DNA of 64,000 nt from Acutalibacteraceae bacterium. GTDB taxonomy: Bacteria; Bacillota; Clostridia; Oscillospirales; Acutalibacteraceae. Each line of letters begins with the position of its first letter. Positions within the stretch are counted from its first letter, which is position 1. This document shows, piece after piece, positions 19,428 through 29,094 of this stretch. A program made the translations under genes and the position numbers. Under the pieces are notes generated by a model that saw only the letters and a list, made by a program, of their open reading frames with translations, was not told the origin of the DNA and made no database searches. The stretch covers positions 985 through 64,984 of the forward strand of contig JAZSPN010000133.1 of NCBI GenBank assembly GCA_045537495.1, written 5' to 3'.

Positions 19428-19455
19428 CGCAAGATTTTAATGTTCATATTAACTC

Positions 19456-19492
19456 TACCGACGGTTGATCTCTCCCCGGTCAACTGTCGGTA
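19456..19492 (+). terminator. putative terminator after the DUF4838 gene
   Basis: TACCGACGGTTGA...TCAACTGTCGGTA forms a 13-bp stem with one G-U pair. The T tail is weak. Confidence 0.45.
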
Positions 19493-19544
19493 TGTGTATT
19501 GTTTATGAATTTGCATTTATACTTAAAGTGAAAGGGGGACGCTC

Positions 19545-20156
19545 ATGGATCTTGTGAGAATAGGAAAATTTATCGCCGAATGCAGAAAAAAAGAAAACCT
19601 GACTCAGATGCAGTTGGCGGAAAAGCTGAACATCACCGACAGAGCAGTTTCAAAATGGGAAACGGGTAAATCCTTGCCCGACTCTTCAATAATGCTCGAG
19701 TTGTGCAGTGTTCTTAAAATTACGGTAAACGATTTATTAAGCGGGGAGGCAGTTTCTATGGATAATTACAAAAGTGAAATGGAAAGCAAGCTTATAGAAA
19801 TGATAAAACGAAAAGAAGAGAGCGACAAAATGTTGCTTGTTTTTGAGTGGGTTATAGGCATTCTCTCCTGTATTATTCTTTTTGTGCCGATTACTCTGGG
19901 AGCGTTGCTTCCCATGGAAGAGTGGCAAAGACTGCCCGTTGTGTTTTCAGGCTTTATTCCGGGATTTATCGGTTTCTTTTTTGCCATGAAAATTGAGCAG
20001 ACAGCGGGATATTATGAGTGCAAAAAGTGTAAGCACAGATATGTGCCGACGTACAAGGCAGTCAGCCTTGCGCCTCACATCGGCAGAACAAGATATATGC
20101 GCTGTCCGAAATGCAACGTGAAATCGTGGCAGAAGAAAGTGTTGAGCAGGAAATAA
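19545..20156 (+). CDS. XRE-family HTH regulator with two TM helices and a C-terminal zinc ribbon
   Basis: The HTH_3-like N-terminus is IGKFIAECRKKENLTQMQLAEKLNITDRAVSKWETGKSLP. It is followed by two hydrophobic helices, then CKKCKH...CPKC. Confidence 0.8.
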   Translation: MDLVRIGKFIAECRKKENLTQMQLAEKLNITDRAVSKWETGKSLPDSSIMLELCSVLKITVNDLLSGEAVSMDNYKSEMESKLIEMIKRKEESDKMLLVFEWVIGILSCIILFVPITLGALLPMEEWQRLPVVFSGFIPGFIGFFFAMKIEQTAGYYECKKCKHRYVPTYKAVSLAPHIGRTRYMRCPKCNVKSWQKKVLSRK

Positions 20157-20163
20157 ATAACTC

Positions 20164-20204
20164 GGGGAACAAACCGTGCTTTTCAGTCGGATTGTTCCCC
20201 TTTT
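20164..20204. terminator. bidirectional rho-independent terminator
   Basis: GGGGAACAA-19 nt loop-TTGTTCCCC followed by TTTT, with an A-rich tract on the other side. It sits between the convergent stops at 20156 and 20206. Confidence 0.7.
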
Positions 20205-20205
20205 G

Positions 20206-22116
20206 TTATACAGTTTTTTGTTTGCGTATTGTTCTGTCGTCGCGTTTTCCGTACCAGACAATTTCACGGGCATATTCTTCCCAGGACTGTAAATTGTTAC
20301 CGCTCAGCGTTAATTCGCACTTGCCCGACTTCGGACAAACGGATGAGCTGTCAAATACCCTGCCGAAAAATTCATGCCAGTCATAAGAGAACGTTACGGT
20401 CTTTTCACTCTGCATCGGTAAGGTTATGACGGATTTCTGATAATTGAACAAGTCTTTGATTATTTCTTCTTCCGTGTTGACAAGAGTAGACAAGAACACA
20501 TTTATTTCGTTGTAAAACTCTTCCGCTTCGACGGCAAGACACAGAAAAAAGGCTTCTTCAAACGACCAGTAGATATCGCCGAACAGCTTATCGGTGAAGG
20601 ACAGATTTCCTTTTTCCGAGAGAAAACTGTCGATGCTTTTGCACACGTAATCTAATTTTGATTTTATGAATCTGCTTTTATTTTCTATCCGCTCGAATAA
20701 GCTCAAATAAAAATCCTTGTACGAAATTCCTTCCGCTTTTCGAAGGTATATCGCAATAAACCGAAGAAGACCGAAACAGTGAAAGCTTTGTACGCAGACC
20801 GACATTCTGAGAGCACGTCGCCAGTCCTCCCTGCTCATCGTGTCGGTTTCCACGACAAGCTCGGATCTTGAGCTGAAACACAGATCCTCGTCGGCCTTGC
20901 TGTGATTCTGACACAGATGAGAGCGTACCGTTTTAATTCCGTGCATCGCTTTAAACTCTTCCGAATACATCAGTGTGTTCGGAAGAAATTCCAGTCGGTT
21001 AATATTAATCGAGTTGTGCTGACCTGCTTCGATAACCTCAAACAGTCCCGAGGAAAAACTGTCAAAAGTTTCACCGGGAAGCCCCAAAATGATATCGGTA
21101 TAGGTGTACATACCGGCATTTCTGTAAAGTGCCAGCTGCTTTGAAAGATTGCCGATGCTCATGTTTTTTCTGCCGACATTTTCCAGAACCTTTTGCGACA
21201 TACTTTGCACGGCGACGGATATTCCTCTGTTCAGGTTTACCGAATCAAGCTTTTGGTTGATTCTGAAGGTCAGACTGTCCTTATTTTTTGCGGCGGTCGT
21301 TTCAAACTTTTGCGGATAACCGAAATCTTTTTTCAGTTCAACCAGATAATCGACGATGCTTTCGTCGCGATCGAGAATTCCGAAGTTGGAGTCGGCACAG
21401 ATGCAATAGGATATTTTGTTTTGCGCCATCCAGAGAAGATCTTTTCTGACACGCTCAAGCGGAAATTCCCGGAACGTGTTTCTGCCTCCCGCCCAGCAGC
21501 AATATGCACATCTATACGGGCATCCACGGTTGGTTTCGATAATGGCATCGAACTGTATTCCGTCGTATTCCTTTGAGTTTATTATGGAATCAAAAAAACC
21601 TTCCGAATACGGAGAAGGAAGCTCACAAAGATCACATATCTGACGGTGAGGAGTTTTAATGTATTCCCCGTTTTCTCTGAAAGAAATGTTGAAAATCTCT
21701 TCGAAATTTCCGTTGTTCTTCAATGCTTTTAAGATTTCGTAAAACGCGATTTCACCTTCACCGTGAATCAGAATGTCGATATACCCGTATTCCTTTAAAA
21801 AGCTGACATCGTCGGGAACATGAGGTCCGCCGAAAACGATGACGGTATCGGGATATTTCTTTTTTATTTCTTCGGCGAGAACGAGGTTGTATTCCACATT
21901 CCACATGTAGCACGAGAAACCGACAAGGAACGGTGACTCGGTTTTGCAAAGAGCCTCTTCAATCGGCATTTTGGTGAAAATAAACTCTCCCAGCCTGTAA
22001 TGGCTTTTGATGTCTTCGTCTTTAAACGAATATGCGGCAAGACAGCCGATGGAATAAGGCAGAAAGAGAGAACGCGAAAGTGAATTGTTCGGTCCGACCA
22101 GATATACATTTTTCAT
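20206..22116 (-). CDS. B12-binding-domain radical SAM protein, paralogue 4 of 4
   Basis: N-terminal Rossmann-like region with VFGGPHVP; ETNRGCPYRCAYCCW (CxxxCxxC); GLPGET; shared C-terminal region ending EEYAREIVWYGKR. Confidence 0.85.
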   Translation of the reverse strand: MKNVYLVGPNNSLSRSLFLPYSIGCLAAYSFKDEDIKSHYRLGEFIFTKMPIEEALCKTESPFLVGFSCYMWNVEYNLVLAEEIKKKYPDTVIVFGGPHVPDDVSFLKEYGYIDILIHGEGEIAFYEILKALKNNGNFEEIFNISFRENGEYIKTPHRQICDLCELPSPYSEGFFDSIINSKEYDGIQFDAIIETNRGCPYRCAYCCWAGGRNTFREFPLERVRKDLLWMAQNKISYCICADSNFGILDRDESIVDYLVELKKDFGYPQKFETTAAKNKDSLTFRINQKLDSVNLNRGISVAVQSMSQKVLENVGRKNMSIGNLSKQLALYRNAGMYTYTDIILGLPGETFDSFSSGLFEVIEAGQHNSININRLEFLPNTLMYSEEFKAMHGIKTVRSHLCQNHSKADEDLCFSSRSELVVETDTMSREDWRRALRMSVCVQSFHCFGLLRFIAIYLRKAEGISYKDFYLSLFERIENKSRFIKSKLDYVCKSIDSFLSEKGNLSFTDKLFGDIYWSFEEAFFLCLAVEAEEFYNEINVFLSTLVNTEEEIIKDLFNYQKSVITLPMQSEKTVTFSYDWHEFFGRVFDSSSVCPKSGKCELTLSGNNLQSWEEYAREIVWYGKRDDRTIRKQKTV

Positions 22117-22137
22117 TTCGGCGTCCTCCTTTGTGAA

Positions 22138-24054
22138 TTATATTTTTTTGGTTTCACGTATTGTTTTTTTGTTTCTTCTGCCGTACCAGATGATTTTTCT
22201 GGCGTAGTCTTCCCACTCGGTCGGGGCATCGTCGGCGGAGAAGCTGATAACGGACGGCTCACGGACAATGTCGGCTTTTTTATTTGCAAGCACATTTTTA
22301 AAATAAGAATCCCAGTCGTATCGGAATGAGTGGCGGATGCTGTTTTTGCCCGGAACAACAATCAGGCTCTTCTGATATGTCATCAACTCGTTGAAAATAT
22401 CGCTGTCAATATTGAATGACATCAAAAATTCCGATGCTTCGTTGTAGAAATCGTCAAGCTTGTAAATGTAATCTAAAAGCATGGCTTCGTCGTAGGGCCA
22501 GGTGATGTCGCCGAAAATGGGATTGATGTATGACATGTCGACAAGGCCTTCGTCGGTGTTTTTGATACAATTGCTTATCCTTCTCAGCGTGTCACCGATG
22601 ACACCGTCTTTTTCCGAGAAGAAGTCGGTGAAGGATTTATAAAAATTGTAGTAGGAAACACCGAGAGCGTGGTGGACATAAATTGCGAAGCACTGCAACA
22701 GTCCGTGACAGTGAACACTCTGTATGCAGGCGGAAAAGACGGTTGCACGTATAAGGTCGGCGGCACTCATTGTCGAGGTTTCGACGATGTATTCAAGACC
22801 GCCGGCAAAAACGGAATTTGAAATTTTGCAATGGTTGATGTTGAGCTTGTTGACGGCGGTTTTGATACCGAATTTTTCCATGTAATCTTTGTCTGCAAGA
22901 GTAGAATTCGGATAAACCTCACAGCGGAAAACATTGATCGAGTCATGCTGACCGCGTTCGAGAAGCTCACATATACCCTCCGAAAAACTGTCAAGAGTTT
23001 CGCCGGGAAGTCCCAGAATCAATTCGGTATAGGTGGGAATGCCCGCCTTATGATACAGTTCGAGCTGGTCGGACAGCTTATCTTTGTTCATGTTTTTTCT
23101 TGAGATATTTTTCAACACTTCTTCGGACATACTCTGGAAAGCCAGAGAAACGCCTTTGCTCATTCCGACGTCGTTGAGCATCTTGTTGATTGTAAAAATA
23201 CGTTCGGTTTTATCCTTGGCGAAGCAGGCGCCGAATTTGTCGGGGTATCCCGTCTTCTTTTTTTGCTCTACGGCGAAGCGTGCGATTTCTTCGTCACGCT
23301 CAAAGAGTCCGAAATTTGAATCGACGCACATGCAGTATGAGATGTTGTGCTCAGATATCCAGAGGAGATCTTTTTTTACACGCTCAATGGGGAATTGTCT
23401 CATGGGGATGTCGTAGTCGCACCAGTCGCAAAATGAACAGTGATACGGACAGCCCCTGTTTGTTTCAAGCTGGGCATTGAATTCCATGTTTTCGGGAACG
23501 TTGCAAAGCTTGTCGAAGATTCCGCTCAGATACGGGGACGGATAATTTTCTACGCCCTTGTAGCTGTCGGCGGTTTTTATTATGTTGTCATTCTCGTCGC
23601 GGTAAGCGATATTGTCAACGTCGGACAGATCTCCCGACGAATTAAAAGCACGAAGTATCTCGGTGAAGGGAATTTCGCCTTCTCCGAATATCAGTATATC
23701 GATAAATGAATACTCGGAAAGCCATTCGGTGTTTCGCGGTATCTGATGACCGCCGAAAATTATTTTGCAGTCGGGGTAGCGTTCTTTGATTTTCTGTGCA
23801 GTTTCGAGATTATACTTGTAATTCCAGAAGTAATTCGAAAATCCGACTATAAAAGGATCCGAAATGCAATTGAAAACATCCTCTGCCGGGTCCTCTTTAA
23901 AAAATATTCCGTCGAGTTCGTAGCTTTTCCTGATGTCTTCAAACTGCAACGCATAGGAAGACAGAACACCGACGGCGTAGGGGAAATAAACGGAGTTGCC
24001 AAGCAGTGTGTTCGGTTGTACAAAATAGAATTTTTTCTTGCTCAAATGACTCAC
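22138..24054 (-). CDS. B12-binding-domain radical SAM protein, paralogue 3 of 4
   Basis: IFGGHQIP; ETNRGCPYHCSFCDW; GLPGET; C-terminal WEDYARKIIWYGRR. Confidence 0.85.
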   Translation of the reverse strand: MSHLSKKKFYFVQPNTLLGNSVYFPYAVGVLSSYALQFEDIRKSYELDGIFFKEDPAEDVFNCISDPFIVGFSNYFWNYKYNLETAQKIKERYPDCKIIFGGHQIPRNTEWLSEYSFIDILIFGEGEIPFTEILRAFNSSGDLSDVDNIAYRDENDNIIKTADSYKGVENYPSPYLSGIFDKLCNVPENMEFNAQLETNRGCPYHCSFCDWCDYDIPMRQFPIERVKKDLLWISEHNISYCMCVDSNFGLFERDEEIARFAVEQKKKTGYPDKFGACFAKDKTERIFTINKMLNDVGMSKGVSLAFQSMSEEVLKNISRKNMNKDKLSDQLELYHKAGIPTYTELILGLPGETLDSFSEGICELLERGQHDSINVFRCEVYPNSTLADKDYMEKFGIKTAVNKLNINHCKISNSVFAGGLEYIVETSTMSAADLIRATVFSACIQSVHCHGLLQCFAIYVHHALGVSYYNFYKSFTDFFSEKDGVIGDTLRRISNCIKNTDEGLVDMSYINPIFGDITWPYDEAMLLDYIYKLDDFYNEASEFLMSFNIDSDIFNELMTYQKSLIVVPGKNSIRHSFRYDWDSYFKNVLANKKADIVREPSVISFSADDAPTEWEDYARKIIWYGRRNKKTIRETKKI

Positions 24055-24059
24055 CCAAT

Positions 24060-25964
24060 CTACTGTATATACTTAATGTCTGTTATGATGTTCTGACCGC
24101 CTTTTCTGCCGAACCAGATGATCTTTTTCGCATACTCTTCCGGGGAGGAGGGAATGTCGGAAGCGTTTATGAGGACGGTGTTTTTTCTTTCCGCCAAAGG
24201 CAGGCGGGCGTTGGAATAAACCGACTTGAAAAAACCGTACCAATCGAAGGACAGATTCAGTGTTTTCTGACGGGCGTACGGTGATTTTATGACGGAAACC
24301 TGATATTCCGTAAGCTCATCGAGAATTGATTCTGTATCGAAGTAGGGCGTGATGAATTCCTTTATCTCGGAAAAGAACAGATCGAAATCTTTGATTATTT
24401 TAAGAAAGGCACACTCGTCAAGCGGCCAGGTGATTTTTCCGAAGCCGTCTTCAACGCAGGTCAGAGAGCCCTTGTTCTGCAAGACTTCGTTGTATTTGTG
24501 AAGAAGCCAGTAATAGATTTTACCGCAGACCGTTGACGGATTTTCCTTTGCCCATTCGATGACGGCACAATAGAAATCCGTATATTTAACCTGCTTTTCG
24601 TAAAACAGGTAGATGGCAAAACACTGCAATGCGCCGAGATTATGCATGGCTCTTATGAACACCGAGAGAATGTTACAGTCTACCCACATATCTTCCGACA
24701 TATCCGCCGTTGCCACAACGATCCTCGATTTTTCGGGAACGGTATCGTCGTCGGGTACGATGTGATATTGATGCAATTCCGTGGAAGCATATCTGATTGA
24801 ATTCTCTTCAATGTATTCGGGATCATTCATGATCGAATTGACAAGCAACTCGCAGTTGAAAAAATTTATTGACATATGCTGTCCCGCTTCGAGGAGTTGT
24901 TCTATTCCGTCCTTGAAGCTTTCGTACGTTTCGCCGGGCAAGCCGATTATTATTTCGGAATAAGCGGAAATGCCGTTTCCGTTGTAAAGCGCCATGAGCT
25001 TTTTGAAATACTCCAACGGCATATTCTTTCGATAGATTTTATCGAGAACATTCTGATTCATCGACTGGAACGAAAGTGTTGCACCCTTGCTCATTCCCGA
25101 CTGATTGAGCTTTTTGGTGATTTCAAAAACGGTTTCGGGATTATTCTTTGAATAGGTTGCCTGAAATTTTTTCGGGTAACCGGTTTCGTTATGCTTTTCT
25201 ATCAGATAATCGACAATCGCTAAATCACGGGCAAACATACCGAAGTTTGAGTCGGCACAATAACAGTACTCTATCTTGTTTTCCGACATCCAGTCTATTT
25301 CTTTTTTTATCATCTCGATGTCGTACAGCTTTATTTTTGATTTGACATTTCCCCAGTCACAAAAAGCACATCTGTTGGGACAGCCCCTGTTGGTTTCAAG
25401 AATGGCGGAAAAATAAAGCTCCTCACTTTTTACAATATCATCGAAATATCCTTCGGTGTAAGCGGAAACACGCTCGGGAATATCGGGGTGAGAGGCGGTG
25501 TCGGTATGTCTGACGACTCCGTCATCGTTATAGATCAGATTATGAATATTTTCCGCTTTTTCCCGGTTTACAAGATGCAAAAGAAGCTTTCGGAAATTTT
25601 CTTCGCCTTCGCCCTGCAAGAGATAGTCAACATAGGTTTCGAGAACGGATTCGCTGTCCTTTGAAATCTGATGTCCGCCAAAAACAATTTTACATTCGGG
25701 GAAAGCTTCTTTTATCGCTTTTGCAAGTCTTTTGTTAAATTCGTAATTCCATATGTAGCAGGAGAAACCGACAACAAACGGTGTATCGAGTTTTGACACA
25801 ATGTCCTTTATGTTTTCCTTCTTGTATATGAAGCCTTTGAATTCATATTCTTTGCTTACGGTTTCATCCTTAAAAGAATATGCAACCAACGATCCTGCCG
25901 CATAGGGAAAATAAATCGAGTTGCCGTATTTTGAATTAGGCTGAACCATATACAGATTTTTCAA
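24060..25964 (-). CDS. B12-binding-domain radical SAM protein, paralogue 2 of 4 (probable TTG start)
   Basis: VFGGHQIS; ETNRGCPNRCAFCDW; GLPGET; C-terminal EEYAKKIIWFGRK. The TTG at 25964 gives MKNLYMVQPNS, aligning with paralogue 4 (MKNVYLVGPNN), and AAAGGCGG lies 8 nt upstream. The track ORF extends to 26069 and overlaps paralogue 1. Alternative starts are the GTG at 25973 and the ATG at 25940. Confidence 0.8.
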   Translation of the reverse strand: MKNLYMVQPNSKYGNSIYFPYAAGSLVAYSFKDETVSKEYEFKGFIYKKENIKDIVSKLDTPFVVGFSCYIWNYEFNKRLAKAIKEAFPECKIVFGGHQISKDSESVLETYVDYLLQGEGEENFRKLLLHLVNREKAENIHNLIYNDDGVVRHTDTASHPDIPERVSAYTEGYFDDIVKSEELYFSAILETNRGCPNRCAFCDWGNVKSKIKLYDIEMIKKEIDWMSENKIEYCYCADSNFGMFARDLAIVDYLIEKHNETGYPKKFQATYSKNNPETVFEITKKLNQSGMSKGATLSFQSMNQNVLDKIYRKNMPLEYFKKLMALYNGNGISAYSEIIIGLPGETYESFKDGIEQLLEAGQHMSINFFNCELLVNSIMNDPEYIEENSIRYASTELHQYHIVPDDDTVPEKSRIVVATADMSEDMWVDCNILSVFIRAMHNLGALQCFAIYLFYEKQVKYTDFYCAVIEWAKENPSTVCGKIYYWLLHKYNEVLQNKGSLTCVEDGFGKITWPLDECAFLKIIKDFDLFFSEIKEFITPYFDTESILDELTEYQVSVIKSPYARQKTLNLSFDWYGFFKSVYSNARLPLAERKNTVLINASDIPSSPEEYAKKIIWFGRKGGQNIITDIKYIQ

Positions 25965-25983
25965 AACCCGCACCGCCTTTCTC

Positions 25984-27921
25984 TTAATCTGTTTTTTCAA
26001 CCCGGTTAGGAGCTGCCGAATACAGCATCCTTCCGTTACGCCGACCGTACCAGACAATTTCACGTGCATAGTGGGTCCAATCTTCGGTGCGGAACGGTGT
26101 TGAAAATTTATACAAGGTGTTTTCTTTTTTCAGTGGCTCATATTCGTTGCGAAGTATCGCGCCGAAATATTTTTCAAAATCATATTCGAATTCATTTTTG
26201 AATTCATCGACCGTCGGTCTGAGCACCACCGACTTCTGATAACGAAGAAGCTGATTTAAGAAATCTTCGTCTTTGATATAACGTCTGACAAAAACAGATA
26301 TTTCATCAAGGAATAAATCAAAATCATAAAGACACAGCAAAAATACGGCTTCCTCGAGAGGATATGTAATCTTGCCGAATGGCTCTGCCTGATAGGTTAA
26401 TCCGCCTTGTCCGCTTACGAATTTATTCAGAACATCGGATACCATTTCAAAAATGTTTTTCAAAAATACGCTTTCGTTTAAAATAAAGCTGTATAATTCG
26501 GTGTAAAAATCATAATAGCTTACGTCGTATTCATGGCGGATATACATGGCAACACATTGCAGAATTCCGAAGTGGTGCATACTCTGGACACACGTTGAAA
26601 ACTCGTTTGCACGTATCCAGTCACGAACGCTCATTGTTGCCGTTTCAACTATTATGGAAGAAAATCCGGAAAGCATATTATCCATGTTTTCGCAATGATA
26701 TTGATTCAGAGAAGTTGAAACCGTTTTGATTTTAAACTTATCGATATATTCTTTCGTGCTGAGCAATGAGTTGGGCAGCAGCTCACAGTAATACGCACTT
26801 ACCGAGCTGTGCTGACCAAGCTCCAGAATCTCACACAATCCGCGTGTAAAGCTTTCGTATGTTTCTCCGGGCAACCCGAGAATGAGTTCGGTATATGTCG
26901 AAATTCCCGCATCACGGTATCTCGCGATCTGCGAAGCGTATTCTTCCCTGCTGATGTTTGTTCTGCCGATATTATCGAGAACATCGGGCGAAAGGCTCTG
27001 AAGTGCAAGCGTGGCACCCTTGCCGATACCGTGATCCGCAAGAAGCTTGTTTATGCGGAACACTCTGTCGTGGTTGCTTTTTGAATAGGAAACCTGCAAG
27101 CGGTTTGGATATCCGTTTTCGGTTTTCAGCTGTGCTAATTTTCGGGCGATTATTTCATCTCGGGGGAACATTCCGAAATTTGCATCTACGCAATATACAA
27201 ATTCCATTTTGTTTTCCGACATCCATTCGAGCTCCGCCAAAACTTTTTCCAGAGGGAACAGTCTTACCTTTGAGTTCAGCTCTCCCCAATCGCAATAACA
27301 GCAGTTATAAGGACAGCCTCTGTTTGTTTCGAGAACACAGGAGAAGCGATAGTTCTTATTTTTGATTATGTCGTCGAAAACACCGTTTAAATAGGGTGAC
27401 GGATAATCCGAAATCGTAATCTGTTTTTCGGGCGTCTGAGTCGCAATTCCCCGAGATGTTCTGAATGAGATGTTTGGTATTGCGGAAAAATCGGGATCGT
27501 TTTTCGTGAGCTCCTCCAACACACCTTTGAAAGCTTCCTCACCTTTTCGGTGGATAAGAATATCAATAAAGCTGTATTTGTCGAGATATTCGGTTGAGGG
27601 AGGTATATGGTGTCCGCCGAATTCAATTATACACTCGGGGTACCTGGATTTTAATCTTTCGGCATATTCGAGGTTGTACTGATAATTCCATATCGAGTTG
27701 GAAAATCCGACGAAAAAGGGATTATCCAGCCCTTCAATGCTCTCGTCGATATCCTCGAGGCTGTAAATTATTCTTTTGAGCTCATATTCTTCCGCTATGT
27801 GTTCATCGTTAAACGCATAGGCGGCGAGCATACCGACGGCGTACGGAAGATAGTAGGTATCTCCGTATAAGCAGCCTGCCTGTACAAGATAAATGTTTTT
27901 CTTATTGCTCATTTTTGTCAC
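25984..27921 (-). CDS. B12-binding-domain radical SAM protein, paralogue 1 of 4
   Basis: EFGGHHIP; ETNRGCPYNCCYCDW; GLPGET; C-terminal WTHYAREIVWYGRR. Confidence 0.85.
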   Translation of the reverse strand: MTKMSNKKNIYLVQAGCLYGDTYYLPYAVGMLAAYAFNDEHIAEEYELKRIIYSLEDIDESIEGLDNPFFVGFSNSIWNYQYNLEYAERLKSRYPECIIEFGGHHIPPSTEYLDKYSFIDILIHRKGEEAFKGVLEELTKNDPDFSAIPNISFRTSRGIATQTPEKQITISDYPSPYLNGVFDDIIKNKNYRFSCVLETNRGCPYNCCYCDWGELNSKVRLFPLEKVLAELEWMSENKMEFVYCVDANFGMFPRDEIIARKLAQLKTENGYPNRLQVSYSKSNHDRVFRINKLLADHGIGKGATLALQSLSPDVLDNIGRTNISREEYASQIARYRDAGISTYTELILGLPGETYESFTRGLCEILELGQHSSVSAYYCELLPNSLLSTKEYIDKFKIKTVSTSLNQYHCENMDNMLSGFSSIIVETATMSVRDWIRANEFSTCVQSMHHFGILQCVAMYIRHEYDVSYYDFYTELYSFILNESVFLKNIFEMVSDVLNKFVSGQGGLTYQAEPFGKITYPLEEAVFLLCLYDFDLFLDEISVFVRRYIKDEDFLNQLLRYQKSVVLRPTVDEFKNEFEYDFEKYFGAILRNEYEPLKKENTLYKFSTPFRTEDWTHYAREIVWYGRRNGRMLYSAAPNRVEKTD

Positions 27922-27974
27922 CTTGATAAAAAATCTGTTTCAGAAGATTCAGTTTCGTTTTGTTAAGCGATGCT

Positions 27975-29072
27975 TTATAATCTGTTTCCGGCAACGGTAA
28001 GTATGCTGTCCAGAATGGTGATTTGTATATTTTTAAAGATGTATTGCGTCAGGAAGAAGTAAGCGAGAAAAGAAACGCATACGGATATTTTGTGCTTGTT
28101 ATAAAACGTTGAAAAATCGTGGGCAATTTCGGACGTTGTTTCGGGATCGTACAGAGAAATGAAAATTATTGTAATCGTGCACATAAGAGAGCAGACGCTG
28201 ATGCTCTGGGGGTATCTCCATATTCCTGCAAAAATCATGGCGAAAGCCGGTAAAACGAACCACAGGAAGCTTGCGTTGTCAAAAGCGAAACGCAGGTTTT
28301 TTCTTTCCCCGTTGGATTTTTTCAGGAGATATTTCGTTATAAATACCGCGAGCAGGAAAAAATACGGAACGGAAACGAAGACAAGACGTCTGTCGGTAAA
28401 ATAGCTGAAAATCTGCACGGGGATAAAATCGTTTTTGATGTTGTTCAGCAAATCCGCCAAAGGTGTTGTTTTGATAAACACGGAAAGAAGAATCAGTGCT
28501 GCGAATGCCGCGGTAAGGGTGACTCTTTTTTTGGCAACGAGCCTCTTGTTGGCGGATATTTGTTTTTTCTTGATTTTGCCGACGGGGTTTAAAAGCTTTT
28601 CTTCTGTCGGTAACAGGCTGAAGCCGTAGACCAGTGCCGCAACGGGAATATGACAGAAAATTGCAGTTGAATCGATTAATATTGAAAAGATAACGAAGAC
28701 GGCCATGAGAATTGATTTAAGCCTGAAGGATTTACCTTCGGCAAAACAGAGGCACAGCAATAAAGTGACAAGCAACAAAAAATTGTATTCAAAAGTCAGG
28801 ATGGAATATCTGAAAAACGGATCGACAATCAACAGAACGGCACAAAAACCGAACACGATGTTTTGAAGCTTTAACAGCTTATGTAAAATTACGGCGTAGA
28901 CCGCACTGAGAAGAAACGAGGTGACTATCGCATAAACGGACAGCGTAAGCTGAGTGGTGTTAAGGAGGAAAGAATCAAAATTAAAAAGAGAGAGATCTGC
29001 CGGCAGATAGAAAATCTTCAACGCGAAAGCGGCGACAAAGCAATAAAAAAGGTGCGTTTTCTTTGTATTCAT
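27975..29072 (-). CDS. polytopic integral membrane protein, family not recognised
   Basis: 365 aa and almost entirely hydrophobic helices (about 9-10), with one basic loop KIKKKQISANKRLVAKKR. It lies 22 nt after the upstream membrane gene and 53 nt before radical SAM paralogue 1. Confidence 0.7.
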   Translation of the reverse strand: MNTKKTHLFYCFVAAFALKIFYLPADLSLFNFDSFLLNTTQLTLSVYAIVTSFLLSAVYAVILHKLLKLQNIVFGFCAVLLIVDPFFRYSILTFEYNFLLLVTLLLCLCFAEGKSFRLKSILMAVFVIFSILIDSTAIFCHIPVAALVYGFSLLPTEEKLLNPVGKIKKKQISANKRLVAKKRVTLTAAFAALILLSVFIKTTPLADLLNNIKNDFIPVQIFSYFTDRRLVFVSVPYFFLLAVFITKYLLKKSNGERKNLRFAFDNASFLWFVLPAFAMIFAGIWRYPQSISVCSLMCTITIIFISLYDPETTSEIAHDFSTFYNKHKISVCVSFLAYFFLTQYIFKNIQITILDSILTVAGNRL

Positions 29073-29094
29073 AAGAAATAACTCCCAACGAACA

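Noticed and set aside
25965-26069. N-terminal extension of radical SAM paralogue 2 that overlaps paralogue 1 by 86 nt
   Set aside because: The extension has no counterpart in the other three paralogues. An in-frame TTG at 25964 with an upstream SD yields an N-terminus that aligns with paralogue 4.
20206-27921. Radical SAM cluster as a RiPP (proteusin/bottromycin-like) gene cluster
   Set aside because: This is not adopted as the primary interpretation. The locus has no precursor-sized gene with a leader/core organisation, no protease or exporter, and no NHLP/Nif11-like peptide. It remains an alternative hypothesis because the 13-codon uORF and the acidic lipoprotein lie upstream.
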